DNA of 64,000 nucleotides from Pocillopora damicornis. Taxonomy: Eukaryota. This document shows, one piece after another, positions 27,001 to 38,286 of the stretch. A program made the translations under genes and the position numbers. The DNA is taken from assembly GCF_003704095.1 (NCBI RefSeq), contig NW_020845127.1:1-64000 (forward strand), in the 5' to 3' direction. The notes below the pieces were generated by a model, which was not told the origin of the DNA, did not search any database, and saw only the letters and a program-made list of their open reading frames with translations. Within the stretch, counting starts at the first letter, position 1. Each line of letters opens with the position of its first letter.

Positions 27001-28054
27001 GGCCATCAGTGTTTTGGTTGGCTTCCTTATCATGATCATGGAGTGGATTTACGCCTCGGCCAAAGATGCCAGAAAGCGCATTCAGGTGAGTTTAAAACGG
27101 CGTGTCAGGCAATTTTTAGGCCACGCCCTCGTGAGAGGGTTGTAAAACAAAATGTTCGAATAAAACATTGTGTGTACATGGGTGAAATCATGTAATGTTT
27201 ACGTACTTCTGATACAAAGGAGGCAAATTCTCGTTTCTGTCTGAATCAGTGAAAACTGCCTTCATGTGTGAAGCTCAGTAAGAAGACGCCCAACGCGTCG
27301 TAAGACATAAAAAGGATATACCATGGCCGCGCGTGGATACAAATTTTATCTTCGAGTGTTGATGATTTAGTATCTAGAATCGGACATGTAATTTTCTGTC
27401 TATTATGTGGATGTTGATCGCATATTTGAATAGGAGACAATATTAAAACACCTTTTAAGAGCTTCGAATGTAGAAAACACGTACACGTTATCTCAGCCCG
27501 CAGAAAATGGGAGTACCTCAGCTTCCGCCGTAAAGTTGCAATAAATGTTTTTCACTTAAAAAAAAAATAAGCGTAATTCAACCTTAGCATCATTCGTAAA
27601 TGTAATAATACCCTTACTGAAAAGTAAAACCACCAAACTGAAAGACCCGGTCACCATGACATCATTGATATTTTCAGATGAAGAGATATGAATGGTACAT
27701 TCACAGAGGGCAGTGAAGATGTTATGTTTTTGATGAAAAACCGGAGAAATTCCGGTATTTCTCAATATTTCATCAATATAAGTTGACGTCATTTAACACA
27801 ATCTTAATAGACGATATTTCTAACACATGCTTAGGCATAAGGTCTTGTTTTGAAGGTAAAGTGATGACGTTACAGTCTTTATTGACTTTTTTTACCTCGT
27901 TTCCGTTGTTACTTAGTGGTTACAACATACATACTCTTTACAGGGACGCAAGACATGCTGCCAAGCATGCGGGACGAGACTGCTTCAAGCACTAAGGGAC
28001 ATGTGCTGCCCTAAACAGAAAACCACTCTTGATAATAAAAAGACAGATGACTGA
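15019..28054 (+). CDS. Ionotropic glutamate receptor subunit (non-NMDA-like; ATD-S1-M1-P-M3-S2-M4-CTD), multi-exon
   Basis: Phase-consistent GT-AG exons: 15019-15183, 16126-16395, 16988-17265, 18597-18734 (or 18740), 18975-19148, 19636-19740, 20417-20551, 20998-21207, 24124-24399, 25076-25392, 25717-25887, 26500-26681, 26946-27085, 27944-28054. Motifs: ATD ILIGP and YLLRMSP; S1 APPFVM, GLSIDIL, DGKFG, WNGIV, ADMSIAPMTISSDR and DFTQPYM; M1 PFSKYLW; PRSWSG; M3 TYTANLAAYLT; S2 YGTL and GYGFA; M4 NMLGVFILL. Confidence 0.93.
17560..17850 (-). mobile_element. tRNA-derived SINE with conserved central (Nin/Deu-type) domain
   Basis: Minus strand reads tagtgcactggactccgggtcgagaggtctgggttcaagacc (A/B-box-like), then tctcttcacccaggagtataaataggtacc...gactagcctgtcatccaaggaggagtag...gtcgcttcatgc. 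Degraded copies lie at ~47895 and ~49440. Confidence 0.75.
19441..19560 (+). mobile_element. Short tRNA-derived SINE
   Basis: gtggctcagtggtatagcatcggagcgcggaatccgaaggtctgaggttctattcctc has A- and B-box-like segments but no closing acceptor stem. It is followed by a non-tRNA tail (gactcagaattttttctttgtcccacgctcg). Confidence 0.7.
22177..22536 (+). pseudogene. THAP-domain relic of the Kolobok-like transposase
   Basis: MVEKRKV*KKGRTCYAAG...GISIYYFPKD...SSAIC...FEDACY...LIKGSVPT, with stops and frameshifts. Confidence 0.7.
22730..23661 (-). pseudogene. Second Kolobok ORF relic resembling the P2X7 cytoplasmic ballast domain
   Basis: Spliced relic: EFRCCTEI...GCITRHE, then FLRA...WLVGWIFGNL..ENTRLLRACVYASICQRF. 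This matches the E..CC..CIT...W..G.....LP.C....IR..FP ballast pattern as I recall it. Confidence 0.6.
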
Positions 28055-28769
28055 AGATGGACGTCAGGTTGAGTTTGAGCGGGATCAGCATTTTGCATTC
28101 TAGCCAATTATTTCCCTTTCTCTAGATCGCCTTACGAAGACGCCGTTTTCAGCTTTAAACGTAGAATTGTTAGTGTCAAATTTTTTCCAATGGTCACCTC
28201 CTAACACGTTTGAAAAATGGTGCACCAGGCTCAGGTACTTCCCGTTTCAAATTGGTAGTTGAAAATTGATTCAACATAGGAATAACGTGACTTGTCAAGG
28301 CGCAGAGATGCACGCTTTGTTGTTCTGCTCCTAAGAATAAAACTTGTTTTCTTTGTCTTGTAGTATATAATTAATGATGGGGTAATAGGTTCAATATAAT
28401 GTTTGGTAAGAGGATTTCCGTTTCTCCTTCTAAAGCTATGATTGAGAGACTGTAAATTAGGATTTGATTCATGCTTGGTCTAAACGCTTCATTAAAATTG
28501 ACCAAACGCGAGTTCAAGATGGCTGCATTGGCCGATCTAGAGCGCGCACGATTAATTCGGGTAGTCCAATCAAAACACAGGATTCACATCATCTTGATCA
28601 CAGGCGCTGCCAGCAATATGATAAGAGAATTACTCTTATTTTCCGTTTTTGTGTTTTTATGGAACTCAACCGCTTCTCGGTCCAAAAAAGAAAACGCAAA
28701 AACAAATTCGACGAATATTCAGCCATCTTGACCTCACAATCGGTCAATAACGCTTATGAATGATATCTT

Positions 28770-29252
28770 ACCAATCATAACCATTACAATTTCCTTAAAT
28801 GTGATTGGTGCATTAGCTGCTTCATTTTTCACTAATCAGTCTGTACAGTTGTAACTGCGCAGTGTAACCTGACAGTTGGCTGTCATCGGACAGTTTAAGA
28901 AGCCAATCATACTAAGTCTACTCAGCTAAATCTACCAATCACAAAATTGATCCCAATAACCATAGCAACAACCACTTATCTTAAAAAAAGAAACTTGGGG
29001 AATTTACAAAATGGAGGAATTTTTACTTAAGACATTGTCTCTACCGGAGATGTTTGTCCTAAATGTATTTGTTTTTTTCGGAAATTGTAACGGTTGTGAT
29101 TTATTAGTATCAGAATTTCGTGTCGTCCAATTCTGTATGTAATCATACTCGTGATTGACAGGGCGGACTCTCGCTTCGCGTAAGTCCGATTTATTTAATC
29201 ACTCGTATGATTACAGACAGGATTGGACTCCACTCGGTCTTACTACCACTAC
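28770..29252. repeat. Dispersed non-autonomous repeat ending in a ~100-bp hairpin
   Basis: It starts with a gtgattgg motif and ends with the inverted repeat gtccaattctgt.tgtaatcatac...gtatgattacaga...attggac. The same hairpin module recurs at 46577-46681. Confidence 0.7.
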
Positions 29253-29898
29253 TTATAGACGTATTGTTATAAAAACAAATGTTGAATGTTTCAAGATCAG
29301 TTGGCCAGCATGCTCACGCATGCCTACCTGTAGTTTCTACATGAGCTGTGGTTTAGAGTTTATCTAGAAGTCAGAGAGAGATTGATCGAACAGTGTTAGT
29401 CAGTCGATCTGAGCTACCCAGAATGAAGTGAATTTGATGTAAGTAGGATTGTGGTAAAGAACCGATAGATTAAAGAAAATGGAAAACAGTTTGAGAGTCC
29501 TTAGTGCCTTTTGCTGAGCGCGGTTTGATCTACAGCTAGTTTCCATTCCATTGCGACCCAACATAAGTTTCACATCCTAATTTAGTACTGTCACACGGAG
29601 GTATAAAAAGACCAGTTACCATTCACGCAGAGTTCACTTGAATGATAAGTATTTCCGCCTTATTGTCTGTTTTATCTTTTCAATCTTCTTTTTTCTTGTG
29701 TGACATGGTCATTATGTAAGATGGGCTTAATGAAAGGGTGGCTTTGACGTTTGACGGAAAATTTTCTCCAATTTTGACGGTTGACGTTTAAATTTAAGAG
29801 CCTTTGCTGGTTGACGTTTACTAGGAGGATATATTTCTATGAGTTAAAATTTATATCAAGTTTATTTTATTTTTTTTAATATGAATAATGAATCTTTC

Positions 29899-31215
29899 GT
29901 TAGGATCTTGTGTACTTTTGCGATTCTCTTCCATTGGATTGTTTCGTCAGTATTTTGCAAACCTTTAGGATTCCTTTTTGCCTGATTGTTACGTTGGTTC
30001 CTCACGCGCTTTTTGATTCTCTTTTATTGGATTGTTACGTAAATATCTTGTGCACCTTCAGAATTTTCTTTCATTGGGTTGTTACGTTAGCATTTCGAGC
30101 ACTTTTGTGATTCTTTTACAGTGAATTGTCACGTTAGTATCTCGCGGACCTTTAGGATTCTCTTTCATTGAATTGTTACATTAGTATCTCGTGAACCTTT
30201 AAGATTCGCTTTCGTTGGATTGTTGCGTTAGTATCTTGTGCATCTCTCGGATTCTCTTTCAATGGACTGTTACGATTGTCGTGACAATCTTGTTAGCGTA
30301 TCGCGTGACACTTTATTTTCTAATTTAGTAATTAAGCTAAGGGTTTGATGACAGTTGGGTTACTTAAGATTTAGGTGTATGATTGAACGTAGCACGGTAA
30401 TGGCAGGCTTGAAGTAAGAATGTTCGTGATATAGAAATCAACAATGGTCTAAAATAATTAGATAAGGAACTGCCCAGGGAAATTGTGCGTGGGCGTTTGG
30501 GTTGGAACATCTTGTGACGTTGCGTGATGTGTCATTCGTTCCGCAAATAGAACAGCGTGCGGGTGTAAATTAGAATTGTTGATCGGGGTATAATAGGAAA
30601 CAGCTGTTAAAATCGAGTTGACAAGAAATAGCTTGGCATTTTCGTAAACCACGAATAAGTAATGTCAATCTTGGATTTCCGTAGTTTAGGCGTGTATTTC
30701 CGTTGTAATAGCAAATAAATAGAAGCAATTTCTAGTAAAAAAAATCGAGATCGATTGAATGTAGAAAGTTCAGATATTGTATGGATTGTAAATAAACGCA
30801 AGAAATCGGAAAGATACAGTCCTATTGATTGTCGAACCAGCGCTCCGCAGAGATTTTCCTTAAAGCGGTGGAGAATTCTGCAACAACGATAGTATCTCGT
30901 ACATTTTTAGGATTCTCTTTCAATGGATTGTTACGATAGTATGTTGCGCACCTTTACAATTCTGTTTCATCGGATTGTTAGGTTCAATAGGATCTCCTCC
31001 TCAAGGATTCGCCACCTTTCGATTTTAACGTTAATATCTCGCGCGCTCCGTTAGCATTCTCTTTCACTGCATTGTTAGTATCTCCTGAACCTTTACGATT
31101 CTCTTTCATTTAATTTTTACGTCAGTATCTCGCGCACCTTTAGGATTCGCTTTCAGGAAATAGTTATGTTGGTATCTTGCGGACTTTTAGGATTCTTTTT
31201 TATTGGATTGTTTAT
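29899..31215. repeat. Degenerate ~47-bp tandem satellite interrupted by a solo LTR
   Basis: Consensus ttagtatctcgcgcacctttaggattctctttcattggattgttacg; about 8 units before 30277 and about 7 after 30885. Confidence 0.85.
30277..30885. mobile_element. Solo LTR (609 bp)
   Basis: TGTCG...CAACA termini, perfect 5-bp TSD ACGAT (30272-30276 / 30886-30890), AATAAA at 30791. The satellite phase resumes across the insertion. Confidence 0.85.
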
Positions 31216-32560
31216 TTCATCGGATAGTTAAATAAGGTTATATCCCTGTCAAACCTCTCATATCAAGGGACAGAATCCACGGAAACAGTTTTGCATGCTT
31301 CCGCCCTTTGAGGAGCCCATCCTTCTGAGTTTCATTTTCCGAAGCCCTTCAACTTTCTTCCATGGCTCGTAAGATTAATGAATATCTTAACTTTTCACCC
31401 ATGTCGAAGAATATCTAGAAATTTTAAGGATTTAATTTTTCCATATTTTCTACGTAAAAATGCAGGAAATTCTTATGATAGTCAATTTTTAGAGCGATTA
31501 CCGAAGCACCAATTGTTTAAGTTGGGAAATTGAGTCAGAAAAGTTAGAAGTTGTTGTTGATGCGCGTGCCCTTGTCGATCATCATCCGGGAAAGGGTTTC
31601 AACAAACTTGTTAGGCGATCGCATGCATCAACTAGCAATGAACAAGATCGTACCACGCTGGAATTATACGCTGGGTTGATTTGCTAGTCAAATTTACCTC
31701 CTCCGCTTTCAGTGCAGCGTAAGGACAGGAACATATAACATCTGGTTTTAGATCATGTGTTTATCTTTTAATATTTTTCCAGTGCATAAGATCCTTTTTC
31801 TTTATTAATTGCGCAAATGACTACCAGATTACTTTGAGCAACAACTTCATCCTAGAAATCCTCGCCCACGGGTCGCGTGTATTGCGTAATTGTCACGAGA
31901 TGTAACTAACACAATCATCGGGTTCCTGTGTCTCATAACATTTAACTGATGTCATTGTTCTATCGTGCCCCTATTTGTCTCTGTTGCCTCTTGCGCGATT
32001 TTCTTTATCTCCATGAATGAACAAATGCAGCTTAATCACTGATGCTAATTAACCTAATACTTACCTTTTTTGGTCGATTAAAAATTTTATCATCTGCTTA
32101 CGATTGCACCCAGTAGTGTCTTAAAAAACTTAAAGTACTGAGACGTGTATCCTGCGTGACTAACCTCGCGTGACTTGAATCATCAAAACATGGAAACTGG
32201 GCTATATTCGTGCAGCTGATTTTAGTTAATTTTCTTTCAAAACATACATTTAAACCTACATAATGCATTCACGGTGAGAAAATGTCACGTTTTCTTTTTA
32301 CGACACAGAATTGACTTCGTAATTTTATCCGTATTTGTATCATTTTCTTTTTTAATCATTTATGTTTCCGGCCAGGTCTTATGATCAACCCATGGTTTGA
32401 ACTTTGTTTCCCTCGTGGCAGTTAAGGGGAATCCTGGTCGAGCTGAAGCAGCCAAGCGAGATCTTTGTGCCCCAGTTAAACAGGTTGTGGTCCTCGTTAT
32501 TTAAGAGAATCTTGTTTATCGACAATGTACAGTTGATGTTTTATTCTTCCGATTACACTG

Positions 32561-35500
32561 ATGGCTTTTGCAGCATTACTTCCATGGTTGTCTGTCTTGT
32601 GCAGTTTTTATTCCAACGGTATGTCAATATATGCATAATGCTATTTGTTGCTGAAAGGCATATGATTTGCCCAGATGGTTCCTCATTTCGAGGATCTCTT
32701 CGGATCAGAGACTCGCCCCAAATAGATTCGTGGAAAACAATTATGATATCGCTTTTTTTTTCGTGCTCTGTTAACTTTACAAATGTCAGCAAAAACTCGT
32801 TCGAGTTCGTCCACAAGATGTTGTACTGAGTTTGTAGCGCTGGGGTTGTGTGTTTCAGCAAACGTAAGAAGTTTTCCGATTATATAACCTCCATCTAAGC
32901 ATAGACGGTGATAAATAGGATAAAAGTCAACAGATGTATTTAAAATGACCTTATTTTCCTGCTCTTTGGATTCATCTCGTTACAAAAATTACAAAACAAT
33001 ATACAGAGAGAGAGAAATTCAGAATGGTTAAAACTAGACTGGCTTGTTTTGATTGGACCTTTTCAGAGTTGTTTTGAAAAATTTTCAATGGTTTGATCTT
33101 TACTTGACCGGATTAATCTTGCTTTCGGCGATTCCGGTCTAACTCGAACAATCAGAAAGGAAATTTGTAGGAAGTTGTGTTAAACAGATCCACAACTACA
33201 AGAAGAAAGAGGAAAATATCAAATCATTAATCTCTGTTAGTCGCTGTAAATCATTAGAGCATGAAAACTGTCAAAGTTTACTTTGAGTGACTTATGAGGG
33301 ATCGTGACTTGAATGTGTGTCGCATTGAATGTGTCACGCACACCTGAGACCTGACTACAGTTGTTACAGCGAAGAGGAGACACTTGACGAGACTGAACAG
33401 ATCACTCACTTTTTCGTCAATAACGTTTCGATTAGCTTTTAAAAGTTGTTTCACAGAGAGATTTTGCAAAGTAAAATTCCAGCTGTCTACAAAATATTGT
33501 AGTCCGACGATTAAAACTGATTTTTCGCCAAAATATAACCAACAGTAGAACGTTTAAATTAAAAGCTTCTTTTAATATCATATGCATGAATTTTTAACCT
33601 TCAAATAGTGAAGTAATTATAAAAAAATTTGACGGTCAAGCCTGACCCATAGAAATTTGATTGATTGCTTTAAACAAACCTTGAAATCTTATCGATCTTG
33701 ATGATCTAGTGTTGCATTTTCATTGACTAGGAAAAAGATGCGATATAGAGAAAAAATAGCACGATTTGCGGAGAGATAGCACTGCTGAGAGGCCACCAGA
33801 TTGCAGGGATCATCAGTGAAAGATGACAAACAGGCTACCCATAATCAAATTAACTTCATATTCGAGGAGTCTTGAGTTTTCATTTTCTCAACTTGTTCCC
33901 GAATATTCCAATTTTTTTGGAAATCGGCCGTTTCAAGTGTTTCACATAAGAATTCTGCACGGAAAATTAGAGCACGGCTAAACAAAATCGATCCGTTTGC
34001 GCATGCCCTGCGTTTGACCGCTGTGTTGTAATTATCTCTCGCTGTCATTTCTAAATCTCTCTAATCATTACTTTTTAGGTGCCCAGGCTAGACAATGGTT
34101 TGTCTCAAAGCTTGATGGGACCAAATCCAGTAGCTGCGGGTTTTTCGCATCCTCCCCGTGTAAAACCATACGGCAAGCTACTTCGCGTGTGATGAATGGT
34201 GACATCATCAACATAGATGGTGTAGGATCGTCACGTGACCCTTATGTGTGCGAGAGCGGAACAAAATCCCCTCTACCTAGCCTAACTATGCGAAGCTATA
34301 ATACGACAGCATTCATCTCTTGCAAGAGAGGCGGCTTTCGATTTATGTGCAACCCAAGAGCGGACGCTTCTCGAGAAGTTTCTTTGAAAGATATTACCTT
34401 CACTAACACTTCGCTACATGTTAACAGCTGTTCTGTTAAGGTCTCCGATTGCTCCTTTATAAACAGTTCTGTTCTCGCGCTATCCACGAGTTTCACTGGA
34501 GATTCAATAGTAACTGTTCAAATCAATGGATGTAATTTTCGAGGAAACAACATAACTAGTTTGGCGATTGACGGAGGTTCCATGAATTTGTACATTTTCA
34601 ATACCACGTTTGCTTTCAACAAATTACACGGTGTAGAGGGCGCCTTACTTGCTCTGTTCACTAAAAAATTACAAGAGTCAAATAGTAGGATCACAATTGA
34701 TTTCACCAACACAACAGTTACACAAAACGTCTGTCCTGGACGAGCATGCTTTGAATTTGTCGCTGGGATGGATGGAGCTGAAATAGCTTTAAAGATGGAG
34801 AAAGGAATGCTTGAGAGCAATGTGATTGCAAATGGCGAAGGAAGCGTTGTGGACGTTCATGGCTTTGCAAACGCTAAAGTTGAATTGAAATCGATGCATT
34901 TCCAGAGAAATAGAGGTAGAGCCGTTGAAATTTACAGTGGTAATTCACTTGAACTTAAAATCGCAAAATCCGAGTTTTCTTATCACAAAATATACCAATG
35001 GGACGGAGGGGCGGTCCTCGTCAGCAATTTTACGAAGAAAGCTTCTGCTTCCGTGGTCAGATCAAAATTTCGTTCGAATTTTGCAAGAAATGGAGGAGCA
35101 TGCGCTTTCGTCAACATATTTTCTCTGGTACTGGATATAGAGAACAGTCAATTTATGCAAAACGAAGCGTTGATTTCAGGTGGTGCTTTAATTGTGGGTA
35201 ACCATAACAGAACGCTTGAAAAGTCTGCTATCGATGTCCGTGGTTCAAAATTTATTCGAAACGCAGTTGCCATGGTAAATATTTCCACAAGTATTCCAAT
35301 TACAAACTCTTCACTACAAACACGTGACAGTGGTGCCCATTCATACTACAGGTATGCAGAAAAGGGCGGAGGGGGGGCCTTATCTATTTACGTGTCACAA
35401 GTGATGAGGTTATCATTGGCGGACAGCATTTTTGCGGATAATCAGGCACAAGCAATGAATTCTGGAGCTGTTCGAGCTCTGCTCAGTACACTCTACCAAG

Positions 35501-38286
35501 ATATCGAGATCGTAAACTGTGAATTTCTGCGCAATTCGGGAGGTTTAGAGTCTGGTACTTTTCAACTGATCGTCAAGACACCGTTACCCCTGTTTCGTGC
35601 AATATTAAAAAACCTGACGTTTGTCAACAACGGTGGTAACAGTATTTATGACATTTATCTTTCTCAAAATCGCCTCTCGATGCAGTCTTGTAAAATGCAA
35701 AGAAATTCTGGCGGTGGAATATTCATAGGGACATCTTCAAAGGTTCTATTTATCCATATGGAGAATACCCTGCTAAGTGACAATATCAACTTCGGATGCA
35801 ACTTTTACAAGGATGATTTCAAAAATCGATCGGTGTACAAATTTAAAAACGTTTCGTTTGTAAACAATACCTGCAACACGAAGGATTCAATTCTTCGGAT
35901 TTACATGCATAGAAATCAAAGTTTCTTTGGCTTGCAGCGAAGCAGATTCGTCGATAATTTCTGCAAATCTGGAGTGGTGAAAGTTTCAGTGAACTCTGGC
36001 TTGAGGTCTAATAATACTAAGGTAATCATCAACAACACTGAATTCCGCAATAATTCTGGGTTTGCCGAGAGCACCTTCACAATACGTGGTATGAACGAGA
36101 TAATAATCCAAAATAGTGTTTTTAACACCAACTTTGGTGCCACAGATGGTTCTCATGTCCGAGTACAAATGCGGTCGAGTAAATTAACAATCAACAAAGT
36201 AACTTTCCATCAGTCTAATACGGAAAGAAAACAACCATTTCATGGTTTTTTTACAGCAACAAGCTTTGGAAGCATTTACATCAATGAGACCTCATTTATT
36301 TCGGACCTTTTTAGCGTCGGCAGTGTGCCCCTTATTCTTGTTAAAGGTGCGCGCGAGGTAGTGATGGATGATTCCGTTTCAATCAAAGCTCCATTGAGCA
36401 CCAAGCTTAAGATGGATAATTTCACACACTTGGAAATGGGAGAGAACATTGGCTCATCGAGGATAACCTCATTCGCATTTAGCACCGAGCCGTGCCCCAT
36501 GCGATCATACAGCATACATCGTGGCAGCGGCAAGGGCTTTACTCTTGAGGACAACATCACGTGCTATACCTGTCCAAATGGGGGCGATTGTTCATCTTCT
36601 CTTGCTGCACGACCCAACTTTTGGGGCTATCCTATCGGGGACAAGGTTTATTTTAAGCTATGCCCGGAAGGTTACTGCTGTCCAACTGTCAGTCAAACGT
36701 GCCCTTATCACCATGATAGTTATTTACATTCTGGTTGTCAAGGAAACCGGACTGGGATCCTTTGCGGACAATGTAAAAAGGATTTTAGTGATGGTCTGTT
36801 CACGACACAATGTCATCCGGTCAGAGAATGTAATCAGGGCTGGTTGTTCTCCATTCTCATAATAGTGGGAACATTGTTTGCTTTGTATCTCATCACAAAA
36901 CCTCCATTGTGTGAAAGATTAATGACAAATCTCACTTGGTTTCTTCCGAACCATAAACAAGATGATTACAACACCTTGAACGATGTCAAAAAACCTCAGA
37001 CCTACTCCAAAGACGCATTCTTGAAAAGCCTATTTTATTTCTATCAAGTTGCTGGAGTCTTAACCGCTTCGTCTTATGGTGTGCCTCATCTGTTAAAAGA
37101 TAAAATTGTTTTACCAATCACAACCCTATTGAATTTCCAGATTTCTGTCAACAATGGCTGGAAGATCTGTCCTCTAACGGGTATCACACCGCTATCAAAA
37201 ACTCTCTTCCAGCTCGCTTTTTTGACAGCCATATTCATCTCGATTCCAGTGATGTACCTTCTTCACAGCGGTTTGAACAAACTACGCAGGCGCAGCCCAG
37301 CCCTTCCACCAGGTGGTCCTTACCTAGGAGCGGCCCTTGAGATGTTTTTGCTTGGTTACTCAGCGCTGACCGTGACCGCCAAAAATCTGCTGTACTGTGT
37401 ACCAATACAGCACGTGTCTCGTTGGTATTACGACGCACAATTCACGTGCTATCAGTGGTGGCAAAGTGCTTCTTTAATAATAATCGCCCTGTACTTGTTC
37501 CCGTCTATATTTTCACTGTATTTTTCTACGTTTCGACTGTATCAGGGGAAAATCTCAGCGAAGATGTTCCTATTGGCATGCGTATGCCCCTTTCCGTACC
37601 TACTCTATATTTTCATCTTGCATGTTAAGAAAGTAACTACACAAAAGTACGTCTGTCAAGAAATGACACCCAAAACCAACACCACTCTTTGTGGAGAGGA
37701 AGACACTCATTTTCCCAGTCGGACGGAAAAATCTCTTATTGAAGTCCTCTGTGGTCCATTTTCCAAGCCACAAAACTATCAATCAGCTGGTAGTATTTAC
37801 TGGGAGAGCATTCTTATCGGCCGTCGATTTGTCATCATCTTAATTAGCTTGTTTCTGGAGCATGCGTTTTTGCGGTCTGTGTGCCTGACAATCATTTGCC
37901 TCACGTTCTTGCTGCATCACCTTTACAAGAAACCCTTCGCGCACTTTAGCGCCAACGTCGTTGAGGCCATTTCGCTAGCAACATTAGTGGTCATAGCAAT
38001 ACTGAACGTCGGTGTGGCATCATATTTCTCCGTGGGAAGCGAAGTTGGCGGTGTCAATCAGAAGTATATCACTTATTTTCTCTTGATAGAAGCAATTCTG
38101 CTGGGAATTGTGCCTCTCATATTTGCAGTGTTTGTCTCCATGTCCCTTGTTTTGCAGCTTGTGAGGGTAGTGATCATTCTAATCCAAACCGTTCTTACGA
38201 GATGGCCCTTTGTGAGACCAAGATACAATACGCAGTTGTCACTGGGAAATCAAGGACAACCTTTACTTCCTACTAACACATTATAG
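32561..38286 (+). CDS. Uncharacterised ~1421-aa multi-pass membrane protein: signal peptide, parallel beta-helix (pectin-lyase/Pmp-like) ectodomain, Cys-rich stalk, ~9-10 TM TRP-like domain
   Basis: Exon 1 32561-32618 (MAFAALLPWLSVLCSFYSN G|gtatgt) splices in phase 1 to a 4.2-kb exon 34079-38286 (ttttag|GT GCC CAG GCT...), which extends the 1365-aa ORF. The N-terminus reads WFVS..G....CG....PCKTIRQA, followed by about 12 FxxN/GG(A) repeats. Then come CP.G..C..NFWG..CPEGYCC..C.GNRTGILCGQC and multiple hydrophobic helices with FYQ, YWE...RR, KPF and N..E motifs. Confidence 0.92.

Noticed and set aside
29899-31215. CRISPR-like periodic array
   Set aside because: The units are contiguous degenerate tandem copies with no unique spacers and no cas genes, in a eukaryotic context.
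34296-37782. Small overlapping or antisense ORFs inside the large exon
   Set aside because: These are shadow ORFs of a long coding frame with no recognisable motifs.
34189-38286. Bacterial Pmp/autotransporter contamination or recent HGT
   Set aside because: It has a spliced signal-peptide exon, alpha-helical TM segments instead of a beta-barrel, many disulfide-type Cys and sequons, and is contiguous with animal genes.
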